From Rhizaria sp. SCN 62-66 (taxonomy: Eukaryota), in NCBI GenBank assembly GCA_001724265.1, contig MEDY01000204.1, forward strand, positions 1-52,366: a DNA stretch of 52,366 bases, given 5' to 3'. The notes beneath the pieces are model-generated. The model worked only from the letters and a program-made list of their open reading frames with translations, did not search any database and was not told the DNA's origin. The position numbers were made by a program, and so were the translations under genes. How positions within the stretch are numbered: the first letter of the stretch is position 1; every line of letters begins with the position of its first letter. Shown here in pieces: positions 1-12,411 of this stretch.

Positions 1-1
1 C

Positions 2-220
2 CAGCTCTGGACCCTCGTCTCCAAGCAGACCTTCGAGAACGCTCAGACCCGCAAGGACGGCAAGGTCCCTGTGATTGACTGCGTCGCTGCTGGCTTCTAT
101 AAGGTCCTCGGCAACGGCAACTTCCCCCAGGTCCCCGTCATCGTCAAGGCCAAGATCTTCTCTTCCCTCGCTGAGAAGAAGATCACTGCTGCTGGTGGTG
201 TCTGCGTCCTTACCGCGTAA
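2..220 (+). CDS. RPL27A: 60S ribosomal protein L27a (uL15), 3' part only; truncated by the window start
   Basis: Frame 2 reads [10 protein letters not shown]...[51 protein letters not shown], the typical L27a C-terminus; TAA at 218-220. Confidence 0.95.
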   Translation, partial: QLWTLVSKQTFENAQTRKDGKVPVIDCVAAGFYKVLGNGNFPQVPVIVKAKIFSSLAEKKITAAGGVCVLTA

Positions 221-1057
221 ATTCGAATAAACCGAAAGTGTTCAATGAAAACTACACCCCTTCTATATTTTGTCCCAATTTGTTTCTCCTATTTGTAATT
301 GTTTTATTCCCTGAATTGCTCATTGTATGCTCTTGGCAAAGTTAAGCCGCGCGTCGAGCTTGGTCAAAATCTGCTTCACTCGTTCGGTCAAATGGTGGAT
401 ACACAGGGGGGCAGGAGGTGTTCAACTCGAGTCTCAGTGAGTGACGTGCGAGCTTCGTGGACACTTCTTATATGGATTGTATAGATTGGCATGAGAGTAT
501 TCTCTTTGGTAGTTCAATTGTGTGTAATGGTGATATGTTTGAAGTGTGCTAAACCAGTCGGAATTTCCGCCAGTTAGAGACGAACAGCCGTCTTAGCGCC
601 CCCTCGTCCGTGCTAGTAAGCGCAGTTCACTACGCTCTTTTCTGACTCAACTCGTCAAAACAGAGTATGACCAGTTTAAACGCTGAATCACGCACTCGCA
701 TGTTGTATCTATGACTCGAACCACTGCGGGTATATTGAACTAGCTCTACTCTTTCAAACCCACTAGCCCTGGCCCGATGCCGTTATCCCGCTTCTTCAGC
801 CTCCGTATACACCGCGCACACGGCTCCTTCTTGCGTCCGGACTTTTCTTAATAGCATCTCACATAACACTCTCTCTTTTCCTCGCATGAACGCCTCCCTC
901 GCCTTCAGCGCTCAGCTCTTAGCGCGCGCACTCTCCCTCACTCACTCCCTCACACCCCCAAAGGCCACCCGTCGCCTGTCCCGCCCGCGCCCCACTCTCG
1001 CGCTCCTTTCCTTCGCGCCTCGCCTCGCCCCGCCCCGCCCGGCCGCGCTCTCCCCGC

Positions 1058-4000
1058 ATGTGCCGCCGCGCGTACGTCGAGGATGGCGACCGCGTGGTCG
1101 ACGTCATCGGCGGTCTGCACGACTACGTGTCGCTGCCCGAAGGCACGACCTACGCCGACAACAACGTCATCACGTCGCAATACACCTGGTGGAACTTCCT
1201 CCCCAAGAACCTCTCGGAGCAGTTCTCCAACCTCGCCAACCTGTATTTCCTCCTCGTCGGTGTGTTCCAGATCATCCCGCAGATCTCCACCACCGGCGGC
1301 ATCCCCACCATGTACCAACCGCTGGCCTTCATCGTGCTCGTCTCGGCCGCGCGCGCCATCTCGGAAGACTACGGCAAGCACCGCGCAGACTCGAAGCGCA
1401 ACTCGTATCTCTACGACGCGCTCTCCCCCATGGGCAACGAGTGGACCAAAGTCAAGTCCGGCGAGCTCTCCGTCGGACACATCGTCCGCGTCCGCCAAGT
1501 CCGTCATTCATTCTACAGTCAAAATATGAGCCATTTTCATGCCTGTTCTTGCATCTTTTAAATTGTTACATGAATGATGACTCTAGATATCTAATGCTTT
1601 CTTTAGTTGCATGCATCTTGGTCGCTTACTCATCCTCTTATTTTACTCTAAACTTTTATGTTATTTTAGGATGAGATGATTCCGACTGACATGATTTTCC
1701 TGGGCTCCTCCCTGGCACAGGGTCACTGCTTCATCGACAAGGCGAACCTCAACGGCGAGACGAAGCTCGAGGTCTACTCGTCGGTCCGCGAGACCCGCGT
1801 GTTCTGCCCGCCGCTGCCCGACGACGTCGAGGGCGACAAGGACGCCAAGGAGAAGTACATCGCCGGCGCCCCGCCCTCGGCGCTGGGCGGGATGCGCTTT
1901 GAGCTGACGTACGAGCCGCCGAACAAGCGCTTTGACTCGTTCCGCGGCATCATGCGGCTGCACCACAGCGACGCGAACCCGTCGATGTCGGGCGAGGCGT
2001 CGACCGAGATCCGGCTCGACGGCAAGGCGCTGCTCATGCGCGAGACAAACCTCAAGAACACCGACTTCATCTACGGACTCGTCGTCTACACTGGCAATGA
2101 CACCAAGATCCAGCGCTCGAACCTCGAAGGCGAGAAGGCCCGCGTCAAGGTCTCACAGATCATGCGTCAGGTACGGTTATAATGCAATCCTAATAATACC
2201 GGTATATTCGTCATAATTCGGCGGTATACTTTTATTACCTCTTGATACTCACAATGCTCTTCGTTCATTTGCTTTGCTCCTCATTTTCACTCCTCCGTAG
2301 GTTAACTCGCTGCTCAAGTGGATGCTGCTTATCCAGGCGCTGCTGTGCTTGGCGGGCGGCATCGCGGCGGGCGCGTGGGCCTACCAGCACGGCGACGACT
2401 GGTACATGCGCTACTCTGGCGGCATCCCCATGTCCGAGGCCGTGCTCACCGCTGTGCTGGCCTTCTTCACCTGGTTCATCAACCTATCGCAGATGGTGCC
2501 CATCTCCCTCATTGTCTCCGGTGAAATGGTCAAGTTCATCATGTCACGCTTTATCAACTGGGACACTTCGCTCTACCACGCCCCCATCGCCAAGCCCGCG
2601 CACTGCAACAGCAGCACCATCCACGAGGACCTCGGTCTCATCGACTACGTCTTCAGCGACAAGACGGGCACGCTGACCCAGAACAAGATGGAGTTCCGCT
2701 TCGCGCTACTTAACAACCACGCCGAGTTCGGCTCGCGCGAGACTGAGATCGCCAAGGCCGTCACGCAGCGCAACACCGAGCTGCTGCAGCGCCAGCAGGG
2801 CACCTACAAGCCGACGCCGATGCCGCGCTGGACGGCGCTGATGGAGCCCCACATGCCGCCCCGCACGCCGTCGGTCGAGACTGGGTACGACATCGAGTGC
2901 TGCCGCCGGCGCTGCCCGCGCTGCTGCTGGTGGATGTGGGTCAACTCTAAGCACGACGACGACGCGTCGGTCAGCACCTACGACGGCGACAAGCACCTCT
3001 CCGGCAACAACGGCGGCAACGCGCGCGACGGCAGCGGCAGCAGCGTTGATAGAGCCGAGTCCTTCGGCGACTCGCGTCTTTCCAGCAACCTGGGCCAGCC
3101 CCCGGCCACGGCCGAGCTCATCAACACGGACCCGTCCTCGCGCATCGGCGGCCCCGGCGCCGTCGCCAAGCCTCCCGCGAACGCCGGTGCCGATGCCGTG
3201 ATGGGCGCGGCGCTGAGCGACGAGTACAACCCGGCCGAGGCCAACACGTTCAACTCGCGCGAGCGCGCGGCGCTGCTGCGCGCGCTCTACGCGCCGCCGC
3301 CCGCCGGCACGCCCACGGCGGAGCTGGTGGCGTGGGAAACGACGCGCGCGCGCCTGGAGCAGTACATGATGCACATGGCGCTCAGCAACACGGTCAAGCC
3401 CTTCATGAAGAATGGCAAGCTCGAGTTCCAGCCTGAGTCCGCCGAGGAGCTGGCGATGTGTCAGTTCGCGCACAGGTGCGGCTTCACCAAGCTGCCCGAG
3501 AAGGAGGACAAGGAGAAGACGCTCGAGGAGAAGAACAGCAACGCCAACACGCGCGTGCAGATCCAGCGCTACGACGCCAAGCTGCGGCCCGTGGGGCAGC
3601 CCGAGGAGCGGCGCTACGCCTTCCTCGCATGTCTCGGCTTCACCTCGCAGCGCGCGCGCGTGACGGTCATCTACCAGGACGCGCAGACGCAGGAGATCCT
3701 CATCATGATCAAGGGCCAGGACGGCATGGTGCTGCCGCTGCTGCACCTGCCGCAGGAAGCCAAGTTCGAGGAGAAGCTACTGGCCGAGCTCAAGAACCTG
3801 TCCAACAACGGTCTGCGCACGCTCATCGCGGGCCACTCGACGCGCCCGGCGTCGTGGTGGGCCGAGACGTGGGGGCCCAAGTACCGCGCGTGTAAGGACT
3901 TGGTCGAGGCCGATGATGAGGCGCGACGCAAGGTCGAGCACGAGCTCTTCGAGCAGATTGAGAAGGACTGCACGTTCGAGTACCTGGGCTGTCTCGGTAT

Positions 4001-6866
4001 GGAGGACCAGCTGCAGCCGCTGGTGCCCGACTGCATCCAGTCATGCCTGCGTGCCGGCGTCAAGGTGTGGATGATCACGGGCGACAAGCTCGAGACGGCG
4101 CGCAACATCGGTCTCGCGTGCAACCTCATCGACGCTGACATGCAGCCGCAGATCCACGCCGGAGACACGCTCGCCACGGCCATGTCCGCCTTCGCCGACT
4201 CGCGCCTGATTCAGGTCACTGGCGAGTGGCACTCGATGTTCGAGAACGCCGACGAGCTGGGCGCGCTCTTCGACTCGATCGACTACAACCGCGACGGTAT
4301 CGTGTCGATCGAGGAGCTCACGGTGCTGTTGCAGTCGCTGCACAGTGGTATCAGCGACGACATCATCCGCAACGCCACGCAGCTGCTCATCGATGCCGAG
4401 GCCGACGTCGCCTCGCCCGTCCCGTCCCCCGGCAACGAGCGCCGCCCGTCGATGCTCCGCCTCTCGGTTGGCGCGGAGGCCGGTGCCAGCGGCGCTGGAG
4501 CTAACACGGACACGCCCACGCACTCGCGCCGTATCCCCAAACATTCGGTGCCCGCCAAGCAGCGCCACAGCAAGCCCTACGACAGCGACGACGAGGAGGC
4601 CCCCACCGCGACCGCCGCGCGGGGCCCGCTCGCGCCGCCCCCGCCGCCGCCGCCGCCGCCGCCGCCGGCCCCCGGCGTGAACGGCGGCAAGAGCGGCGCC
4701 GAGATCGCGCTGCAATCGCTGCGCGTGCAGCCTACCCACCGCGAGACAGTGCGTCCGCACTCTGGCAGCGGCGTCGCCGACGCCAGCGCGAGCAACCAGC
4801 GTCCCGTGCGCCTGGCCAAGAAGAGCGGCATCACCAAGCAGGGTTTCATGCACGTGATGCGTCAGTTCAAGCGCACGCCCTACGAGGCCGTGTCGTACGA
4901 CGTCGACGAAGGCATCAAGCGCTACCTCCGCATCCAGGACCCCGCGGCGTTCCCCGTGTCGCTGCTCGTCAACCGCGACGCCTTCCTCGTCATGTTCCCC
5001 GGCAAGCAGGCGCGCAAGCGCTCCAACACCGTCGGCTCCAGCGGCAACAGCAACCCTTCGGCCTCGGGCGCCCGCTCGCGCAGCGATACCGCCAGTGGCC
5101 ACGGCGGCCACGGCGCTGAGGAGGAGCACGAGGTGTCGGAAGCGCAGCTGGAGAAGCTGCGACGCAAGTTTTTCTTCCTGGCCTCCGTCTCCAAGTCCGT
5201 CGTGTTCGCGCGCGCGCAGCCGGCGATGAAGAAGAAGATGGTGACTGAGATTCAGGCGCGCGTGCCCAAGGCCGTGACGCTAGCCATCGGCGACGGCGCC
5301 AACGACACCGACATGATTACCGCCGCGCACATCGGCGTCGGCATCTCCGGCGTCGAAGGCACGGCCGCGACCAACAGCGCCGACTACGCCATCGGCACGT
5401 TCCGCATGCTGCACACGCTTCTTTTCGTGCATGGCTACTGGTCCTACCAGCGCATCTCGAACCTCGTCTCGTTCATCTTCTACAAGGCCGCGCTCGTGGC
5501 CATCGTGCAGTTCCTCTTCGGCTTCCTCTCGGGCTTCTCGGGACAGCAGTTCTTCAACGACCCTATCTACCAGCTCTACAACGTTATGTTTACTGCGCTG
5601 CCCATCATCTCCGTGTCGGTGCTCGACAAGGCGCTGCCGCGCAACACCTGTGAGGACAACCCGGCCGTGTTCCGCGAGGAGAAGCGCAAGGCCTTCAACG
5701 GCTGCATCTTCTTCTCCTGGCTCATGCGCTCGCTCGTCCACGGCCTCATCGTCTTCTGGGTCCCCGTGCTGTCGCTCGGCGCCGGCGTCACCCAGCCCAG
5801 CGACGGCCGCGTCACGGGCCTCTGGTTCGTCTCGACCACGGTCTTCTTCGCCACCGTGCTGCTGCCGACGTTCTTCATCTTCTTCCTCATGCAGTCCATC
5901 AACATCTTCCACATCATCGCCGTGCTGTGCTCGCTCCTGGCGCTCTACGTCGTGCCCATCCTGCTCAACGTCGAGGCCTTCAACTCGCTCAACCCGGACT
6001 TGCAGGGCGAGATCTTCACGCAGTTCTCATCGGTCTCGTACTGGCTCACGGTCATCATCACGCTCGCCATCCCGATCCTCTTCGAGCTGGGAGTGCGCTT
6101 TGCCATGCGCCTCTTCCGACCCACGCTCACCCAGATCCTGCAGGAGAAGCTCTTCCTGGCGCGCAAGACGGAGAAGAAGCTGACCACGCTGCTGCGCGAG
6201 GCCGAGGAGCTCGGCACGGGCGAGACCATCACGTACACCAGCAGCCAGATGCCCGCCGACGGCTCCTCCAACCTCGGCGCCACGACCAGCGGCGTCGGCG
6301 CTGACAGCAGCCTCGGCGGCGGCTTCCTTCACGGCGCCGTTATCGCGCCCCCCGCGCCGACGCACCTCGACGACCTCCGTCCCTCGGCCTCGACGCTCCC
6401 GGGCGCGGGCGCGCTGCTCTCCCCCACGGAGTCAACGCTGACGGCCAACGTGAGCAAACGCCTCTCGCTGACGACGCAGCCCGACGTCGCCGTCTCCCGC
6501 ACTGCCGCGGGCGGCCGCCGCGCCGTGCTGGCGCGCCCCATGATCTCCCCCGAAGAGGAGGAGCGCTGGGCCCAGGTCACCGGCGGCTCCAGCAAGCTCT
6601 CTTCCAAGCAGAACGCGCTCGTGAAGCGGCTGCAGGACGAGGCCGTGCGCGCCGCCAAGCAGGCCTGTGGCAGCGACGGCGCGGGCGGCGAGTTCAGCGA
6701 CGGCGAGACCCACGAGGAGAAGCTCCGCTCCGCGCTCGTGCGTGCCATGCTGCGCTTCAGGAACCAGACAGGCGCGCAGTTCGACTCGGCGGCCCAGGCA
6801 AAGTACCAGAAGGTCGACAACATGATCACCGAGCCCGTCCCCGAGCGCCCCCACAGCGCGCGGTGA
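1058..6866 (+). CDS. P4-type ATPase (phospholipid flippase), about 1835 aa; exons 1058-1498, 1670-2170, 2301-6866
   Basis: Motifs: DNNVITSQYTWWNFLPKNL, LNGET (DGET variant), PISL, DKTGTLT, TGDK, GDGAND, and C-terminal TM helices. Two frame-preserving GT-AG introns. The start codon is less certain. Confidence 0.95.
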
Positions 6867-7888
6867 GCGCTGTGACACGCTGTGAAACGTGTTGAAACGT
6901 GAAACAAATAGGTTAACTAGTGGTTGATGAATTTGCGTGGTGGTGTTTTGTTTTGTGTGTGCCTTGTTCGATAAAGGCAAGTTTAAAATAAGAAAAGTAT
7001 GCTTTTGTTTCATACTTGGTTTATTTCGTGTCAGTTTCGTGTCTTTTGTATGTTAATTTGTTCGTATTCGTTTTGTATGTTGGATCTGTGTTTGTGCGCT
7101 TTTTTATGTTTTCACGGTTTGGGCTTGCGTGTTGCGTTCTTGGGTGTATTATTTTTGATGTATTATAGCTATAATACCTAAGGAAGAAACCTAAACGGCA
7201 ACAGCAAAGTAGTCATTCACAGCAAAGCAGCAGTGGCGTGCCTCAGCTCCGACAAACGAATATTTGGATGGATAGACGCGCACATCGTTGTCGTTTTCTT
7301 CATATATTTTTTAGGGAGGTGTATTGAATCCTTATTTGTTTGTTTGTCTGTAAACCTTGCTATCTCATGTCTAATCACATCTATTGTTTTGTCTCGTAGC
7401 GTTTCTGCTACATCAATCGCTTGTGTGGTAAGTGCTACGCACTACCGAGCGTGTCTCTGTAATGGCTCTGTTGAATTTCACCACGCCTACTATACACATA
7501 TTAATGTAAAAACTATATCAATATCCCCGGTGCCAACTTCTTTCACGTTCTACTGACTTGATGGAGGTCCATTTACTCGCGTTTATGCCGAACTCATATT
7601 GTGACCAGACGTCCTTTTTTCGGTCCCGGTGAGTCGGCAGCGATCGAACTCGTCAGCGAGCAGCGACGTATCCAATCGGGCAATTTTGAGTCGTGAAACG
7701 TGCATCGCCTCCGTCATGTAATGACATTGTATATGCACCGCCGAAGAAACCCGTTTATGATATGCTGTCCATGTTTTGTTTTGTCTTTACTTGTCGGTCT
7801 TTGTAGAGATATCCTCTCCCTAAGTAACCCTTCTTGCCAGCCACCAACAACCTTAGTCCTCGCCGACAAGCACACATACTCGCCCGCG

Positions 7889-9392
7889 ATGATTCGCAAC
7901 CTCTTTATCCTTAGCTCTAGCGGGTACGTCACTTAATAATATACCCTCCCGCTGTAGCCGCCTTCTTTTAAGGCGTGTTTGTCTTTGCCAATCATCTCTC
8001 GATGGCAATGCACGCACACACCCATCTCTATCCAGTAACCCGACTTTCTTTCTCGACTTGTCTCATTCCAATAAGCGCATACAGCGACAGAACTATGTTT
8101 ATCTTAAGCTTAACGATATGCATCACCTCACACAATTGCTCAATTCTTTTACGCGACCCTTTTCACCTTTTCACAGTGAGGTCTTGATCGAGAAGCAGTG
8201 GATGGGCAAGGTCAAGCGCACCGTGTGCGACTTGCTGTGGGAGCACATTTCCCGCGAGACCTCCAAGGCCGACGTGCCCCCGTGCATCGCCACGGCCAAG
8301 TACTTCCTTATCCACATGCAGAAGGGTGATTTGACGTTCCTGACCGCGGTGGAGAAGGACGTGCCGCCGGCGATGGTGCTCGAGGTGCAGACGCTCATCG
8401 CCGACACGCTGGTCGAGTACTTCGGCAAGGTGACTGAGCCCGTGGTGCGCGACAACTTCTCCCTCATCTACCAGCTGCTCGACGAGGTCATCGACGGTGG
8501 TTTCCCCTTCACCACCGAGATCAACCAACTCAAGGAAATGATCGTGCCCCCGTCGATCGCGAACAAGGTCATGGGCGCTCTTTCTTCTTCTTCTTCCTCG
8601 CAGGTCAAGGACGTGCTGGCGAGCGCAGCCATGAGCAAGATCCCGTGGCGCCGCAACGACGTGCGCTACGTCTCGAACGAGATCTTCTTTGATATCATTG
8701 AGGCGCTGGACGTGACTATCGCGGCGGACCAGAGCCTGGTCTCGGCGCAGGTCTACGGCGAGATCCGCTCGCGCTGCCACCTGTCGCACATGCCCGACGT
8801 GATGCTAACGTTCGAGCAGTCGCACCTGCTCGAGGACTGCACGCTGCACCGCTGCATCCGCATCGCACGCTTCAAGCAGGACCGCGCAGTGTCGTTCGTG
8901 CCGCCCGACGGCGACTTCACGCTCATGACGTACCGCGTCAACGGCATCCAGCGCATCCCCATCTACGTGCGGCCCGAGTTCGTGTGGAACAAGGAGTCGT
9001 GCAAGTTCACTGTGGCCATTGGACAGCAGGGCCACCTCAACACACCGCTGCAGGACGTCGTCATCATCGTCCCGCTCCCCGCCGCCACGCAGAACAGCCA
9101 GATCACCGCCACCGCGGGCACTGTGCGCGTGGACCAAGTCAGCAAGACGTGCCGCTGGGAGCTCAAGACGCTGCCCAAGGAGGGCGTGCCGCTGCTCGAG
9201 GGCACCTTCTACTTCGCCGCCAACGCGCAGGCCGAGGAGCGGCCCACGATCCGTGTCATGTTCGAGATGCCCAAGTTCTCCGCCACGGGCATCAAGGTCG
9301 AGAACATGTCGATCAAGAACGTCAAGTACACGCCCGAGAGGGGCGTGCGTACGGTCACTAAGGGCGGCAAGTTTCACGTCCGCACCGCGTGA
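7889..9392 (+). CDS. AP3M: AP-3 adaptor complex mu subunit, 416 aa; exons 7889-7923, 8177-9392
   Basis: Spliced N-terminus MIRNLFILSSSG|EVLIEKQW; DNFSLIYQLLDEVIDGGFPFTTEINQLKEMIVPP; IPWRR..VRYVSNEIFFD; SFVPPDGDFTLM; C-terminus TKGGKFHVRT. Confidence 0.9.
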
Positions 9393-9888
9393 AATGACTA
9401 CTTGCAAAACATGTACAACTGAGAGAGGACGTGTCTGATACGCCAAACTCAGTTCATGTTACCAGGTACCAAGACGAAACCATGATTCATTTAAAAGGGT
9501 CAGGATATACAGTATGTGATAGAATGAGTAACAGGAAAGCACGTCTCTTGTTTTGATATCTAATATTTGTTATAATCCAAAGTAATAAAACCCTAAGCTG
9601 TTTAATACCAAGCCAAGAACAACATAACCGGTCAATGTAGCCGGTCATTGTAGAAAGTCTGTATCGTTGTATTAATTACAAGTCATTCACTATTACATGC
9701 ACGCATACGTCGTACAAGTGTGAAACATCATCACCATCATCAAAAACACAAAGACCATAGCAATAGAACTCCAAAATCTCTGTCTCTCACATCTCACCTC
9801 ACTCACATTCTCAGTCTCAGTCAGTCAAAGCGGGGCGTCTCTGACCGCGCGCCCCACTGAGACCGCATCCAGTCTCCTGCTCGTGCGC

Positions 9889-11325
9889 TTACTGGTCGTC
9901 GATCTTGAGCGAGGCGTCGAGCGGGCCGAACGCGGGGAAGAGCGCGGCGAGCAGCCTGAAGGCGCTGTCGACGTCCTCGGTGCCGCAAGTCTCGCGGATC
10001 GAGTGCATCGCCCACTGGGGCACGCCGACATCCACGGTGCGCAGGCCGCACGACGAGGACAGGATCGGGCCGATGGTGGAGCCGCAGGCGGAGTCGTTGC
10101 GGACGGCGAACTGCTGCGTGGGGATGTTGAGCTGCTTGGCGAGGCGCGTGACGTGGAACGTGCTGGTAGGGTTGGTAGCGTAACGCTGGTTGGCGTTCTC
10201 CTTGATGACGAGGCCGCCGTGCAGCAGCGGGCGGTGGTTGCATTCGTGCTTGGAGGCGTAGTTGGGGTGCAGCGCGTGCGCCATGTCGGCCGACACGAGG
10301 ATCGAGCGCGACACGGCGGCGTCGTAGCCGATCTCGCCGTTAAGGCGCATCAACGTGCGCTGCAGCATGTTGGACCCGGCGCCCATGGCGGAGCTGGAGC
10401 CGACCTCCTCGTTGTCGAAGAGCGCGGTGATGAAGATCTGCTCGCTCTCGGCCAGCACGGCATCGGCCGACGCGTCGACGAGCGCCGACGCAGTGATGAA
10501 GCACATGAGCTGGTTGTCGAGGCCGCGAGCGGAGACGAACTCCTTGCAGAGGCCCGTGATGGCGGCGGGCTGCGTGTCGTAGAGGCAGAGCTCGAAGTCG
10601 ACGATGGTCTTGGCCGACACGCCCAGCTCGGCGGCGACGCGGTCGATCAGCACCGAGTGATGCGAGTCCTCGAAGTGCACGCCGACCTTGGGGGCGGCGG
10701 CGGCCTTGGCGCAGGGCTCTGCGGTGGCGCCCGCGACGCCGTTCTCGATGAGCGTGGCGGCGACCTTGAGCTGCGAGGCCAGCACAGGCAGCAGCTCCGT
10801 CTCCTTGTTCCACGTGAAGGTCTCGCCCGCGTTGCGGTTGAGGTGGATCGCCAGGTTGGGGATGCGCACGATGGGGTCCTTGACGTGGACGAGCTCCGAC
10901 ACAACGGTGCCGTCGGCCTTCTCGACCAGCACGCGGCCCGCCAGCGAGAGATCGCGGTCAAACCACGTCGCCCAGAGACCACCGCCGTAGCACTCAACGC
11001 CGACCTGGAGGTAGCCGCTCGAGGTGATCTTGGAGATGGGCTTGAGCTTGAGCACGGGCGAGTCGGTGTGGGCGCCCTGGATCACGAAGCCGTTTCCGGG
11101 CTTCCACTTGCCGCCGACGGCGTACGCGATCACCGAGCTCTGGTTGCGGGTGAAGTACGCGCGGGTAAGGGGCTTGACGGGGAACTCGTTGGTGCGCTCG
11201 GAGATCTTGGAGAAGCCGGCGGCATTGAAGATGGAGGCGATCTGCGCCGTCGAGTGGAACTGCGACGGGCACTTATTGATGTACGAGATGAACGCCTCAG
11301 CAGCGGTCAGACCAGCGAAAGACAT
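9889..11325 (-). CDS. DNPEP: Aspartyl aminopeptidase (peptidase family M18), 478 aa, no intron in the CDS
   Basis: GAHTDSP, YGGGLWATWFDRDL, GLDNQ, LFDNEEVGS, SADMAHALHPNY, CGSTIGP and AMHSIRE motifs. Confidence 0.95.
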   Translation of the reverse strand: MSFAGLTAAEAFISYINKCPSQFHSTAQIASIFNAAGFSKISERTNEFPVKPLTRAYFTRNQSSVIAYAVGGKWKPGNGFVIQGAHTDSPVLKLKPISKITSSGYLQVGVECYGGGLWATWFDRDLSLAGRVLVEKADGTVVSELVHVKDPIVRIPNLAIHLNRNAGETFTWNKETELLPVLASQLKVAATLIENGVAGATAEPCAKAAAAPKVGVHFEDSHHSVLIDRVAAELGVSAKTIVDFELCLYDTQPAAITGLCKEFVSARGLDNQLMCFITASALVDASADAVLAESEQIFITALFDNEEVGSSSAMGAGSNMLQRTLMRLNGEIGYDAAVSRSILVSADMAHALHPNYASKHECNHRPLLHGGLVIKENANQRYATNPTSTFHVTRLAKQLNIPTQQFAVRNDSACGSTIGPILSSSCGLRTVDVGVPQWAMHSIRETCGTEDVDSAFRLLAALFPAFGPLDASLKIDDQ

Positions 11326-12411
11326 CGCGAAACAGACTGCGTGGTAGAGTGGTGTGAGATAACGCGCAGATAAGCGTCGAAGTGCAGAGCAGCATGAGAG
11401 AGAGCACGAGAGAAGTTAGATGGAGTTCGAGATGAGTTAAGGCGAGAGGGCGAGAGTCGAGGACGCTTTAGAGGAGAATATATGCCAGTATCGGAGATGC
11501 TGTAATTGAAAAAGAAGAGCGAGTGTCGCCTTCAAAAGCTTTCTCGGAGAAGATGCGCAGTTGACGACGGGAAGTGTGTCATTGAACCGTCCTATCATAG
11601 GATTCGACGTCATCACCCGGTCTGAGCTCTCCTCGCCCATGCCGGTCAGCACTGTGCTCACAGTCACTACCATATCGATATCTCGGTTCGCCTGGCGTTT
11701 CAAGCTAAAGATAATGACAACTGCGACATGAAATATTGAGAAATAGCATAAGAGATCGTGTATTGAGTTCTGATTAAGTATTATTATTAGTGTAAGTGGC
11801 GATATGTCGCGACTAAATGGTAATGATTTGTTGTGCGTGACTTGTGCGTCCTGGCATGAGATAAGCTTTAACTTCGTGTGATCAAAACATAAATCAACAA
11901 ATCAACCATATAACCATATATAATAGAGGGTTTACATTCAGAGTTATGCTTCCAACCATTTACCAATTGGCCGATCACCTATGGGTTATCAGTGCTGAAA
12001 AGTCAATTCTCCAACTCAAGATAAAATGAACGTCTTGGTTATAAAACGAGTTTGTTGTATTTCTGATTTTAAAAGAGATACGATAAACATAACAGAGGCA
12101 ATCATATACGTAGGTCCACCCAACATATATATGCTTCCTATATCTCGACACTCAGCATGTCCGTTGGCATGTGAGTTCTTGTTATAAAACTACTTTTTTC
12201 ACACACATAAAGAAGATGCTCGTTGTCCGCAAACAAAAGGCAAAACAAATCAAAGCATCATTCGAACTGACCACAATAGAGGATGTGCGCAATGCTTCTG
12301 TAATAGGATAGCAGTGCACTTTTCCTTTCATAAACGCAGCTTAGAGAATCACTCTTCTTCCATGACAACATACACCGCTGTACGCTTTATCATGCAACGT
12401 TGCTTAGTCGC

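Noticed and set aside
1571-1669. ATGATGA (C-box-like) in flippase intron 1 as a C/D snoRNA
   Set aside because: No CTGA D box or terminal stem lies within the intron.
7570-7700. AATTTTG Sm-site-like motif upstream of AP3M
   Set aside because: No U1, U2, U4 or U5 diagnostic sequence; the context with CCAAT at 7672 fits an ordinary promoter.
9883-11373. Long antisense or alternative-frame ORFs over real genes (also 2706-3746, 4041-5129, 26268-27386, 47209-48444, 48677-50473)
   Set aside because: These are shadows of high-GC3 coding sequence, with no recognisable motifs.
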